Positions 20,702 through 34,000 of a stretch of 64,000 nucleotides of DNA are shown here, piece after piece. Source of the DNA: Marsupella aquatica (Eukaryota; Plantae; Marchantiophyta); assembly GCA_973895155.1 (NCBI GenBank), contig OZ316895.1:12097929-12161928 (forward strand). Reading direction: 5' to 3'. Numbering within the stretch: the stretch's first letter is position 1; each line of letters starts with the position of its first letter. The position numbers and the translations under genes were made by a program. The notes under the pieces are model-generated. The model searched no databases. It was not told where the DNA came from and saw only the letters and a list, made by a program, of their open reading frames with translations.

Positions 20702-20727
20702 AATACACTTTTAATGAATAGGCTGAT
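20702..20727 (-). repeat. Right terminal inverted repeat (26 bp)
   Basis: AATACACTTTTAATGAATAGGCTGAT followed by TSD CTTT. Confidence 0.95.
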
Positions 20728-21032
20728 CTTTACAAGGAAGATGACTAGCTTGTAGTTGAAGTTTGATAAGTAAAATGATTCCTTTTGGCCATGAACACAA
20801 ACAAAGTTTTTTCACGTGATTATGCATTAGCCTGTTTTTAATTTCACTCATCCATTGGGAAACTTGATCCAAGAAACTGGGAGATATTGCCCCAGGATAA
20901 TCATACATCAAAATGTGATAATATAAAATATATATATTCATTGACTTCAAAAAAATAACAAAGTTTATCATGGCATTGGGAGATGTCATACACTGTATGT
21001 GTCTTATTTTGATGTGCAGTTACTTGACTCAA

Positions 21033-21488
21033 TGTCTTGTGCTTATCCAAGATACCGGATCATGAATGGTTATTTATTTTATCTTACAGTATGACAGAAT
21101 GTCTGAATTTATTTTAGTCCCTACAGCGGCCCAAATATGTTACAACAATATTTGAATACACGTATGTCCCTTCTTGACAGGTATAGAGGTAGACTCCAGA
21201 ATTGTTGCGGTGACAGCGTAAAGGGTTGTTTTGATTGCCTACAGCTGCAACAGCCGTCCCCTCCTCAACCTGTGGGCTCTAGCTGCGAGGTTCGATCACT
21301 CCTTCCATTGGGAAACTCGATCAAAGAAAGGGGAGATGTCTTGTGCTTATCCATGAAGATACCCGATCATGAATAATTTTTTTAATTTTATCTTACAGTA
21401 TAACAGAATGTCTGAATTCATTTTAGTCCCTACAACGGCGCAAACACCTTACAAAAATAGTTGAATACATGTATATCCCTTCTTGACA
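21033..21488 (+). mobile_element. Probable TRIM (miniature LTR retroelement), old
   Basis: Diverged direct repeats 21033-21179 and 21337-21488, both TG..CA. PBS-like GGTATAGAG follows the first; PPT AAAGAAAGGGGAGA precedes the second. No TSD seen. Confidence 0.65.
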
Positions 21489-22095
21489 AACAGAATAATG
21501 AGCCCAATCAATGACCCTGCATTGCACAGAAGATGTAAAGACAAAGTGGAAATGTCAAGGTGAAGCAAACATGTTGGGGTGAGACAACAATATCAGGGCA
21601 AGGCAAAGAAATGTTGAGGGTGAAATGAAAGTAGGACAAAGAAAATGTAGACAAGACAAATAAATGCAAGTGAGACAAAGAATTTGTTGAGTCATCTTAG
21701 ATGTTGGTGCGACCATGTTGTCATGATGGAGATTGATGCAACCAGTCATTGCAACAGTATTGTCGTTATGGAGCCCAATGTCGGAACATTGCACATAAAC
21801 ATTGAGGCAAGATAAAGAAGTGCACATGAAACTGCAAGGAGTGTCTTGTTTGCCATTGTTTGTGCAATGATGCTATGAGTGCAAAAGTGTCTTGTGCAAG
21901 AATTAAGATCTTGAAACAAATGGGCACAAGAACACAGATAGAAAGCTGGGGGGTTGGCTTGGAAATATAGCTTGAAACTTGGAATATGGCTTGAAAATCT
22001 CATAGTCTGGTTTGCCCCGAAATATAGCCACTACTTGGAACTATGGCTAGTTGGTTTGGAAATAGTTGGCTTGGAAATATAGCCAGTCGGGGGTT

Positions 22096-22234
22096 GACAT
22101 ATTCAATGGACCCTTAAATTGAAAAGTATTACTTGATGGACCCCATGAGATTTGGGTGTATATTAATTCAAAGTGTGGATTACTCATGGGATACATAAGT
22201 AACACTTTGTATTTTGGGGTCCATTGAGTATATC
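22096..22234. repeat. Foldback / MITE-like inverted repeat
   Basis: Nested inverted matches: caatggaccc/gggtccattg, aaagtattactt/aagtaacacttt, cccatgag/ctcatggg. Confidence 0.6.
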
Positions 22235-22397
22235 TCTAAGCATTGGAAAATCGACCATACTGAACCATACATCTGTTCAATTGTTATTCAAATAATAAAC
22301 AAGCTTTGTTTCATGCAATAAGCAACCATATTTTATGACTTGCTGGCAACTATAACTCCATATGGATATAGCAGGAACATGGATACTAAGAGCGCGT

Positions 22398-22506
22398 ATA
22401 AGATTCTGGTCTTCGCTCGGGACCACAATGCAAGAACTTCAATACAGGGCGTCATAAGATTCTGGTCTTCTCTCGGGACCACAATGCAAGAACTTCAATA
22501 CAGGGC
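22398..22506. repeat. 56-bp two-copy tandem duplication
   Basis: ataagattctggtcttc..aatacagggc twice. Confidence 0.9.
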
Positions 22507-22614
22507 AGAGCCATGTGCACCGGCCATAGCCTGGTCAACTTCACCTAAATTTAAGCAAATTCCAAACTAAGGGATTGGAAAGTGTAAAGCGATAAATTAT
22601 GGAATAAGCTTTGC

Positions 22615-22616
<2 letters not shown>

Positions 22617-22670
<54 letters not shown>
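22617..22670. repeat. (AG)27 microsatellite
   Basis: Direct reading. Confidence 0.98.
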
Positions 22671-22673
<3 letters not shown>

Positions 22674-24655
22674 AGCCCTTTCCTACTAGCAAGCATAGCA
22701 AGCATGCTTTAAATATGAACTTTTTTGAGATAAGACTATTGCTTCACTCCATAATCTAAGTTAAGAATGACAGGCTTTGATTGTAAGTTATAATATAGAT
22801 TGTGTTTTTCTGATCAGTAAACTCCAAACAAAAAGGATAGGAGAGAAACTAGGAAAGTAAAGAAGACGTCATCACCCCATGGCCTCAGTTCCACATTAGG
22901 ATGAAAGCTTTGGGGTTATTAGAAAAGAAGGTTAATATCTTGCTTAGTTGTCGTTCTGCTTTACAAAAAATGTAACCTACACTTAGATTTCCTTGCTGAG
23001 GAATCCTTATGTGTTTGATCAACACAATGCTGCCAATGTGTTTGATGACAACACAAAATTCCCAAGATTAGTGAATACAATTATTTAGTATGATTTCTTT
23101 GATCTATAGGGCTTGGCTCTTACAGATTGCTCATCATGCAAGAGAAATTTGATGTGGGCAACCAAATATGAAACTAGACAAATTGTGTGCAGCATAAATT
23201 ATGTTTGTGAGTGTGGAAGTCTTGTCTTTTTGGTTGGGTGGTTGTTGTTGCAGAAATGTTATCATTATGTCAGAGTGCTGTTGTTGGGGAAGGCAAGAGT
23301 GCAAAGATGCAAGATGGGTGACAATGGCCATGGAGTTGCAGAATCCACCCATGATCGCCTGACAGGAGAGATAATTTTCTATTTTCTCCTTTTGCTTTGC
23401 TTTGTTTTGTTTTGTTTATTTCATGGCAGGCACAGGAAAGTAGACCACAAACAAAGCTGGTCGGACCTCCCAATGCTAAAAACAGTTTGCTTTGAGACAA
23501 AGTAAAGGAAAAAGTGAAAGACCAACTAAGTGGGAAAGACTTTTGTGATATTTTTCTTTGTATTTTTGAGTGCTTTAATTTTACATACTACTTCCCTTGT
23601 TTTGAGGAGTGACTATACAAAACACCTTACATCCAGGAGAATGTAAAAGCAAAAAGTCTTATCACATGAAACAAAATAAAAGATTGTATCTAGAATGGAA
23701 GATGCTATATCCCTCCAGTACTTCCTAATTGTCTATAGAGAATTTCAAACTCCAAATTTAACTTCTTTCACGACTTGAATCTATTTCATAGATTTATTTA
23801 TTTTTATCTTACTAGGAAAATCACTCTAGTTTTTATGTATATTAATGTAACTAGTTACTGGCATTGGGGAAAAAAAGCCCCTCAAACGTGGTTTCTTGCT
23901 TTCTCGGTTGGTTTGGATTGTGGTTTTCCGCGTTCTGGGGATTCCCCTTTCCCCGCTCTGGAGGACCCCCCTTTTTTCCTCTCTCTTGACACTCTCCTCT
24001 AGTAGTCATTAGATTTGCTTCTTCCCGCCTCCTCCCGCTGGTATAATTGATGGGTTTTGGGGGATAGCACATGTACTATTGTCCGTGCTTTCTCATATGA
24101 ATAAAGTTGTGGCATTTAAAAAACATTAAAAAATTTAAATTTAAATTTTGGGTGGTAATATATCTCACAATGTCTTCTAACCAGGACATTATTCTATACA
24201 TGGGTACAAGGGGGGCTCTAGCTAACTGTCTCGTAACTCTCATAGTAAAGTATTATACACGCAGAGCAGACTCATTTTTAGGGTTTTTCTTTCTAGCTAG
24301 GTAGCAAATTGATGTCACTTTGTACCCAGAAAAAGATGCTAAGAATGTTGCCTTGTCTAATTTTTCTCCATTGATGTTGATCTTCAGATTTCAGTATATT
24401 TAAGGATACTTGATCACTTAATTTGACTGGCTTGTGGGGTCCTACTATACAGATAAGTGGAGGAGTAGATGGCAGGGGACATGGCAGGGGACGTTTAAGG
24501 GATGGAAAACTGCATTGACCTCTCGAAGCGGGTTTGCATTGTTGATTTTTAAGGAGTTTTTGCATCTTACACAGTTTGAATTCTCGTGGAAGGCCTCTGA
24601 GCGAAGATCAGCCTTGATTCACTTTAAGGGAAGGAGGAGAGGAAGGAGGAGAGAC

Positions 24656-25735
24656 GTGATCTTCGTACTGATGGCTCTCGCAGGATGGCACCACACGCGA
24701 AATCACGTTCTTTCCTTCAGCGCCGTGTTGTTCATAGTCTTCGCCGTCTCCCGTACATCTACTCCCCACTTTCCCTCCATGACCTCTGTTACACTCCATC
24801 CGCTCTCCCTGGCCAAATGTAGCAGTAGTATATACGGTCCTCCTCTTGTGAGCCGTCTTGTGAATTGCCTCCTCCACGTCCATGACCTCGTCTGGGAGGG
24901 CACAGACAGCCACAGACTACCAGACGATATCATAAACGGTCAACTGTTAAAGGAGTTCCATTGGTCACAGACAGGTTATGCAGATGGAGTTTGTAGATAC
25001 GAGAAGCTGAACTCGCAGGGCGGATTTGTTCAGGGGAATGTGGATTGTCATAGCAGGGGACTCGCAGCTCCGATTCGTTTACCTGTCTCGTCTGGACCTT
25101 CTTATGCCCATGCCAACCCGGCCCGTATAAAGATCTCTCAGATGCATTCTTTCTATGAGTATATATAATGGGAGGAGGAGAACATCAAGTTTCAGTTTAG
25201 GTGGACGCCGTTTACTGCCAACCTGACGAACTTGATTGTTGACTATCGCCGCAACATGACTTATCCGGATGTGTTGACTATGGGAGGTGGATTATGGTAC
25301 ATGCTGTACAATTCCAACTCCACTCGATTTGGGGAGGGTCTCGCCAAGCTGCGAGATGCCTTGCTCTCACTCGTCCGTCCCATTCTTACTCGGACTCTAA
25401 GTCATATGGACAATGGGTACTGTCTCTCGTGACAATCTCAGGTTCCGCCGCACAAGTTCTGGCTAAACGTTCCGACCCTGGTCACTTCCTGGCTAACCAC
25501 TGAGGCGAAGCGGGCTACAATGAGTCCCGCAGCGTGTGAGCAATATGACGAAGCGCTTAGGACAGCAATCTGGTTCATGCCGGAGGGCCTCTCACGTTGA
25601 TTGATCTGAAGAAAATTAGTCGTGGATGTGGGTCTAGATGTACTGTGAATGGATAGCACTACAACAACGCGACCTACGAGGCTGCTGTTCACTCATGGTC
25701 AACACCCTTCTGTGGCGACATAACCATCTCCTGCA
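24656..25735 (+). pseudogene. AXY9: ALTERED XYLOGLUCAN 9-like (cell-wall O-acetylation) pseudogene
   Basis: VIFVLMALAGWHHTRNHVLSFSAVLFI..TPHFPS, WIVIAGDSQLRF, YPDVLTMGGGLWYML, FWLNVPTLV and GCGSRCTVNG*HYNNATYEAAVH..MVNTLL follow AXY9 in order. Several frameshifts and stops; N-terminal residues missing. Confidence 0.85.
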
Positions 25736-25768
25736 GAATGAGTTCGTTGCGTTTGATTCTGATCAACA

Positions 25769-25914
25769 GACACCACTGGTTCCATGGAAACATCTTGATT
25801 TTCTCGTTTCTTTTCGGATAGTTTTGCAATACGAACAACTTGACACCACCAGTTCCATGGAAACATCTTGATTTTCTCGTTTCTTTTCGGATAGTTTTGC
25901 AATACGAACAACTT
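25769..25914. repeat. 73-bp two-copy tandem duplication
   Basis: gacaccac..tacgaacaactt twice. Confidence 0.9.
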
Positions 25915-27933
25915 ATTTAGGGAGGGGTGTCCTTCTAAGTTTTCGGACAAGAAATTACCCTCAAGTGGTTTTATACTCTTTCAACCCAGTTGAGATCTTG
26001 GTTAGGGCCTAGATCTGGTCTATGCCACGCCCTTGCGTCGTCAACGCATGCACGCTTGGGCCTAGTAGCAGGTATCGAGTTACGATCATGACGCCAGTGG
26101 CGCACGACGATAGATTCAGGATATCTGAGAAGGAAAAGCAGATGGCCATTAGTGATTAGTGTCTCTTCAGCCAAATGATGACGAGGAATTGCTGTTCCGC
26201 TTGTGAACTGTACGTAAGGAACTACTGGCGGTTCTCACGCAACACTCCGTATGTAGAGGCCCTTCTTACTGTATTTGATTCATTATCCAAACGATGTGAC
26301 TGGATTATTCATCCTAGGTAGCGACGTTGCAAGACCGAAAATGCTTGTTGCATTCCCACCGGTCGTGGAGAATGGCCGGCCAGGTACTTTGAGTGTGACT
26401 GTCCCGGGAACCAGTTTTTCAATCTACTTTCTTCTCTTCTTTCAATCTCTTCAAAGAAATTGAGATTGGTGAGATTGACAAACTCTTGCCCCAACTGTCC
26501 CGACCCTTTATGCCTTTCTGTCCTCTGTTTTAAATTTGGGTCATCCAGAACCCTTGATTTCACCTAGCAACCATCTACACCATTATCTAGCACTGATTTT
26601 GTGCAGATCACACAAGGACTAAAGTTTTAAACATTTCTTTGCCAACAACACTTCAGGGATGACAACCCAACCACAACTAGACACGACCCTAATTACAACT
26701 CTGCAGTGCAAGGGCATTGGGCTAGTTCACATAATTACTCTCAATGTATAAAAAGGAATTTTCAAACTTTCTATGTGAGTTTTCAACTGTCCATCTCATC
26801 ATTTTGGTTGTTCGTAAGAGCATTGCAGTTGATAAACTTCTAGACTAGATTGACAAACTTACTTAGGGGGATTTGCAGTTTGAGATCCACTCAATAGTGG
26901 AAACAGGCCAGACGTCCCTTTAAACCATGAACTTGGGTACAATTTGGCAAGAGCATTACAGATCCTAAGCACCTGGTGGGGGTTTCTTTTTTGCTGATGT
27001 GGCCATGATTGTCGTAATAAAAGAATGGCTGCTTGATCCATTTTTATTCAGGATTTGCATTTGTTTTCTGACACAATTTGTCTTAGATACTTTTATGTGA
27101 GTGTATTCAAAGGACCTCAAGTTTGCAATGGATGAACAACGACCATTGTGCACCCTAATTCTTGTAAAACCCCTTGTGGGTGCTTAACAAGAATGGACAC
27201 TTGTGCTACCATTTCCCCATAGTAATGAATGCTAAGGAGATACTAAAATCGATATCAAAATATTAACAACCATACCTGTCTCGGCTAAAAACCAGGATGG
27301 CCTCCCGATCAGATTTTTGAACTACCTCAAGAGTCGGCCTAAAAACCAGTCTACAAACCAGACCGGATGACATGACGCACAAGGAGTACACTAGAAGCCA
27401 AGAACCCATTGAGTCAAACTAGTATCCATAAATCTACATTGGAGCTCGAGCGATGGGAGGAAGATTGCAAACCACGTCCTTTCGATTTTGTAAAGTGAAC
27501 TTTGACAAACGATCATAAATCCACGGTGGAGGTTGAGAGATGTAACGAAACAATGCAAAGTTGCGAACCTTCTTCCTCTCGTTTGGAATTACGTGCATTG
27601 TTTGATCCAGCTGGCGTCTCCTCAGGTTTGGGTGTGCATGGGGCATGATTTAGTATAGAGTGATCATAATAGTCATGACTGTCACCAGCGTACGACAAAG
27701 CAGACATTGAGGAAATCATTGCTGTACGCGGCCTTTCCTTGGCAGAATGTGATGTACCGGTTTGAGCTGAGAAACCGCCATGAGAATCGAGGACGCAACA
27801 GAAATCCCACGTGATTCTCGTGCTTGCCTATAGGTTTTAACATCTTATTATATTTCTCGTCTCTCCTTGGCACCACGGCAATTTTTGAGGTCTTTTATTT
27901 TTAAGGTGTGTCACCTTGTGTGAACCATATCTG

Positions 27934-28013
27934 CTTGATGGGATCCCAACATGAACAGCTTTATTTGATAGGACTTGATGGGATCCCAACATGAACAGCT
28001 TTATTTGATAGGA
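27934..28013. repeat. 40-bp two-copy tandem duplication
   Basis: cttgatgggatcccaacatgaacagctttatttgatagga twice. Confidence 0.92.
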
Positions 28014-31000
28014 CCCTGAAGTTTTAGGTACGTTCATTCAAGGTCAATTGATTCAAAGTCAATTTACCAACCATTTGGATCACTCAGGGGTCTATCAAGT
28101 ATTGGGATCCCATGAAACAAATACCTCCCTTGTGTGAAGGTGAAGATGTAAAGGTCAATCACATCTCCATAAATTTAAAGATAACCATTATAGCCTGGTT
28201 ACCCTAGTGAAAAGTGATTCTCAATTACAAATACTTATTTTTGATTGATTGCATGCTTGTGAGGGTGGACATATGAAAATGTCCTATCCAAAGAGTTTGC
28301 TTTGTTTCCTTTTCCTGAAATTAGCGTACACCTAGCAAAAAGGTGTGTTACTGGCCCATTTCAACAGCATTTCAACAGATAACACTGTTTTCCCAGAGCA
28401 TTTGGCCTCATATAAACCTTTTCATGCTGTCATGTCTGGAAATTTCAAAGACGCTAAGGCCTTTCACAGAAGTAGAATTAGGTGAATTTTTGCCGCTAGA
28501 AGAAAGCAGGCTTGTTTTCCTCCTCCATTTGGGAAAATAAGACAAAGTTTTCAGTGCTTGCAAGGTAAAGCCACGTGATTATTTTCCCTTGTACTGTCAC
28601 TCGTGTTTTCAGAAAATGATGTTTGGATGAATCACAATGTGTTTAGACTTTCGGCACTCAACTATAGAAATGCCCACAGGAATGCGATCATTACTGTTCT
28701 CTTTTCTAATAAAGCTGGAGATGGAAGATTGTTCAAACAAAAAAGTAATTTCATTTAGTAGCTCTCTTCTTTCTTCCATTCAAACAATCCAACGCTGACG
28801 GAAAGACTGGTTTGCCGATCGAATTGTTTGGCAAGCTGTGTTTCGATCAAACTCACCATACTTCAGGATAAAGGCTGTATTTCGTGGTCCACAGAGATCC
28901 ATTAACAGCGAGGAGGGGTCAAATTTATGTCTCTCATGGAAATTCCTATCTAACCGACTGGACCGTGAGTTCCCAGGTTAATTGATGTGAATCGTTGGGA
29001 GAATGATCAGTAAGAGTGGTCAAGACTAAGTATTATCTTTAGGAATTTGCACTGTCCAGCCTGTTATTCATACAGTAGCCAACAGAAAAATTACATGAAA
29101 GGAAACATGGGTTTTGTGGGTAGGGGATTGGAGTTCTGATTATCTGCTCGGCACCTGGTTGTCCCCTTTGTGGCCCTGATTTAATGGTCTCTCTTTCCTG
29201 GTGCGGGTCCGTGTCGGATCCGGTTGGGGCTCACCCTGGTCGGGGTTCCCTACAGCAAAAGTGTCACATGGGGATGGGGGAGTCTAATCCTATTTCCTCC
29301 CCATTTCCGTTCAAGACAAAGAAACGCGAACGTTTCCAATGAAAATCAGGAGGATGAGACTGCTAGATGCAAAGAACATTGATGCGACATTCACACCGCT
29401 GCTCAGTTAGATCAATGTCAAGATTGTTCGGGATTAGGTTGGTGAACGTCAATTAATCATAGCATGCCAACTCAAGCTATATGTCTGAGTACAAGGAGTG
29501 GTAAGGTCTGTCGTTGTCTGCCACTATAAAGCTTGATATATTAACATCTGCACTGGTGTGTTCACTTCCCAGCGACTTCGTGACATTGGTCAATTCACAA
29601 ACTAAGGTTTCTTACAAATTGAATCCACATGACCCGTAGGATCTGCTAATGGATTGGAAGTGACCATATCTAATTACTCGAGAAACAAATTGGAGAATGC
29701 ATATATGTCATGTGCATTCCCGTCTACATCACCAACCGGATCTTCTCCATTGTCATCCAGATAGAGGCAGAAACGGTAACGAACGATAATCATCTCCTCT
29801 ACGGCGTCATAGTCACGGTCAAACTGAACGAATTCCTTGCATTTGTACCAATCTTCTTATCTGGCTCCAGAGCCCCATCAAGCAAGAGTTGTGCATTATC
29901 CACGTATAACTTGTCTCGTCGTTGGGCCCATAGATATATCTTGTTGCTAAGAAGCTCAATCCGTGAAAGGAGTGTCGCCTAACTCCCTCCTCTGACTCGA
30001 CCTTGTTCAGCCTGGGAGACGTGACCAAACGAGCATCGGTGAGCCCGCATCAGTCTATGCATACCTCGCCCTCCACGCCCTTCACGCCCGACCTTAATCT
30101 CCAGCCCTGATGTTACGAAATAGTGACCTCGGACTAGGCAAATGGTTCCACTGATTTTGTTCTTTGCTTCAATTGAATAGTTTCCACCTAAATTGGCTAC
30201 TGTTTGATAGCTGTCTAGTCAATCTACCGATCAAGGTTTAGGATTATAGCTTTAATTTGTCGCATTTTCGCACTGCTAGCCCCTGCATCGATTATTTGCT
30301 CTTTGACCGGAAGACATCGATCCATCCGATGAAACCAGTAAAAAAAGAGAAAGTTGGAGGGCAAACCATGAATTCGTTTCATTCTGCCACTTGCATTCTA
30401 CAATGGAGCCCAAATTGACTCTCAAACCTTCTCAAAAACGTTTCCCTTTTCATGTGTATTTTAATCAAAGGAAGAACTTCGAAAACAGAATTTGGCTGAG
30501 AATTTAATTAAAGGAGATATATCTCAAAGTTTATATCGCACGACAGTATATTGCTGCAGGGCAAGCTCTAATTTCCGTACATAGACTTGATCAGAAAAAA
30601 CTTTGGACCCTAAACCCTGCGTTTCTCGTGGACATCATTCTGATCAAAGAGAACGTCTACAGCTGATTTCTCCAGATAACCAGATCAGATTCGCCGACTT
30701 CAAATACTTCAAGATACCACCGAATTTAATTATGACTCAATTGGAGTAACCCCTGCGTTCACAGATGCTCATATGTTCTGGACGTATGATTCTGCGACTT
30801 AAGAGTCTACTTGACACGTTGAAGAGCACCGCCCAAACCTAGCCTCGGACAAGTTGTGTTATAATCACTCTTTGTCAGGTACCGCTGGACTTGTCATGAC
30901 TCGCCGCAGAGTCCAGTCCTGTCGTCCATCTCCGCCTTTCCCTTAAGTTTTTTGGTGGGCTTGCCTTTGGGAGTCGAACACACCATTACCAATTTACTAG

Positions 31001-34000
31001 CGTAGGATCTCTGTGCTGTCACATATGACAATATGGTTGCAATGAACAGTCTAATCTCAAACAAAATGGAGTAGCCAGCAGGAAACTTGGAACACACTCT
31101 TCCTTGTGCGTTAATTAAGGGCTCAAGAAAAGAATCAACCAAGAGTATTCGGTTCACAAGACTGATACTGACAACAAGCCTACGTTTGGACAGCAATCCA
31201 ACGAACGATTGCACCGCCGCCTGCTCTGAACAGAAAGGTCCAAAACCAAATATCGTGGGCCGAAAAACACCTATTGTGGAGGTGAAAACTGGAAAGTAAT
31301 GTGGGCCGAAAGATATCTATTGTGGAGGTGCAAACTGCAAAGTAACGTGCTTCCGTGAAACAGTTGAACATCTGACCTGCTCTGGTTCAGTCAAGTGAAT
31401 TGAGCCCTACATCGAGGAAATCTAGTCAAGAAGGGCTGTACTGTAGCTTTCATCTTAGGACCCACCAACCAGCCCTTTGCCAACTCAATGGCTCTGCAGT
31501 CCACACACAAATTGCCTGCCAAATTTGCGTTCTTTCACAACGCTCCGATTCTTGCCATTGTCGTCAATAGTACCGTCCTGTACCGTACTCTTTGCCAGCT
31601 TCCAGAAGAAGCATATCGAGCACTCATCAGACCAAAATGATTGCAGGAGGCTGGTCTTTGTGCAGCTGTCTTTCGAGGACAATGGCTTGGGATAATTATG
31701 TTGGACTCACCATGTCGGTACGACCAATCGAGATATGAGATATAACTGGTTTTTTCTTTGAAAACCAAATAGGCCTTCTAACAGAGGATAGATGTCCTAC
31801 TCTAAAGCATGCCTTGTGACAAGTTAGACTGAGCAAGTCACATGCCAGTGACGTCACAAGTTAGTAATTTATATGAGAAGATGGTGGCTGCTCTGTGACA
31901 ATTGTTTTGCCCAAAAATGAAATTTGATAAGCAAGTACCGAAGTTGACGGGTGTCTGGTCGTTGAAGAATAGACACAAGAAAATGCAAGTGAAATTTATT
32001 CCCGATTTTGTTTCTTGATTTTGAGACGCTTTATATGCACTGCAACCTGAACTCAATGAAATGCGACACTTTTTAAATTTATTTTTGGCATAGACCACTT
32101 AAACATCATTGCTGATTTAAATTGAACAATTGTTGCATAGAACGCAAGCTATTGCTGGATATGTTTTTTTTAAACAACTGTCCAAAGCACGTGACGAAAT
32201 GACATCGAGTATGAATTAGATTTGAACAGAGACACGGTTGGGTGTTTTCTGTTCCGTTACATAAGGCCTCCCCCTATGTGGACCCAAACATTCTGATCGC
32301 GTGGTCCAGAGCGACCCATAACGAGGTGGTGTGGCCCGCCTAAACGAAGATGACGAGGTCGCTTTTGTGTATTTGGGATTGCGCATGACAACATTCGGAA
32401 CGAGGTGAAAAGTATCAGGGACACAGTTGTGCTAGATTTGGTACTCAAATATTTTCTCCTATGTATCTTTCTGAAGCCAACTGCACGCATTGCCTAACAT
32501 GTTGTTACTATCATGTTCATACCACTATCCAGTCGAAGATCACGTTCAAACACGTTCTGGCCCCGAAGCCTGGGGTTATATCATTAAAAGAGTTGTGCTG
32601 GTAAGGCTTGACTAAGGTTTTTATAGTTCTGCAATTACTGCTCCCCAAGATGAAGACATTGACAGTTTAAAAATATATATAGTAAGAAATTCCAAGGCAC
32701 ATAAGCTCTGGCTATCCTAATGTTAGCACAAATAGAAGGAAAGCACATTTGCAACTTAATGCGTACTGTGATTTGCGCTGATTGTTATTAATTTTTACAA
32801 CTGGCTGAAAGAATTTGATGTAAGCATACAAGTCGACGAGATGAAGGGCACAAACTATTTTAAGAGAACATCGGAAGACTACGATATAAATGTGACTCCC
32901 AACGTAGACATTAATCAACCGAAAAGACTCTCTACATAAATTGTTGAGATTCTGTGCATATCCCTACGCGTTTCTCGAGTGGAGGCGCAGCGAATATGGC
33001 CCTCTAGCTTATTGGATCTGCTCAACATGGGTATGACGTTGATGAGCCAGAAAAAGATTCTACGATGAATGGTGCAATAATTTTCAAGTAGGTCGCCGAA
33101 AATCCATGAGTGACTCCTACTTGTCAAAACAGTGTTCTGCATTGCATCCACAACACCGGTCGTCATGTCGCCAGTGACACGATGTCTCCAGGCACATTGG
33201 GAATGATAACGCTCTTCTTGGAATCTTAAAGCAAGTGGCTCGGTTGTGTACGGGGCCGGGCTGGACTGGATTGAACTCGACTGGACTGCAATTAGCCCGT
33301 CTTATCCCACCGCAGTACGTAGCTTAGCTTTGGTGCCGTAGCTCGGTTCTGCCCATCAGTGCTCACCTCAGCTGGAAAAAGTGTCCAGGCCTCCTCCGCC
33401 CTGTACAATGATGGTGTCGAGCACGTTGTGTTTCGGATGGACAGGAAGCAAAGAGACAGTTCCAAAGGCAAAGCCCACAACTCGGCACGGCAAAATTAAA
33501 GTGGTCAGGATGTTTTTACGGCACGTTCCGCCACTCCGCGCAGTTCAGCAGAAACGTCACCGTGAAGCATCTGGAACCTTGAATTGGGGCCCGGACTTCA
33601 TCTTGAACTCATGGCAGGAGCCGGGGGAGCCCACGTCGCAGAGACCCGGTTGTGCAATTTTCTGGTTGTTCTGACTGTGGAAGACTTGGGTCCCCCTATA
33701 TTGGATGTAGTGCAAGACTTTGGTGCACTCTTGGCTGCTTTCGTTGGAGAGACTTCGAAGCGCACGAGATGTTGCGAGTTGACTATGGCCGATCTAATTT
33801 CCGGCGGTCCAGCACTCCAACGCAGTGTAGGGTGTAGCCTTTTTATCCATTTGGGCGTAAGAGTGATGCTCGACTAAATAATTATTCAACCTTTTTCCTG
33901 ATAGTTTTATGGGCATGGGAATTTTTCATTGGCAGTCGATTTGTTTAACGCTTGGTCCACCACACATTTGTTTTGGGAAAAAGCGCACACACCTAACCCA

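Larger units (their letters stand above)
7653..20727. mobile_element. 13-kb multi-gene Sola-like (DDD) TIR DNA transposon
   Basis: Perfect 26-bp TIRs (ATCAGCCTATTCATTAAAAGTGTATT and its reverse complement), 4-bp TSD CTTT at 7649-7652 and 20728-20731, internal transposase, and flanks that rejoin into one Helitron-like repeat. Confidence 0.9.

Noticed and set aside
7653-20727. Classification as CACTA, hAT, Mutator or a viral/Polinton insertion
   Set aside because: Termini are ATCAG with a 4-bp TSD (not CACTA with 3 bp, or 8-11 bp). No polymerase, capsid or packaging ATPase motifs were seen.
24434-25168. 244-aa ORF as an intact gene
   Set aside because: Only the middle matches AXY9; the frame is lost before the GDS motif.
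27434-33877. Scattered 60-106 aa ORFs
   Set aside because: No motifs or coherent exon structure that I can support.
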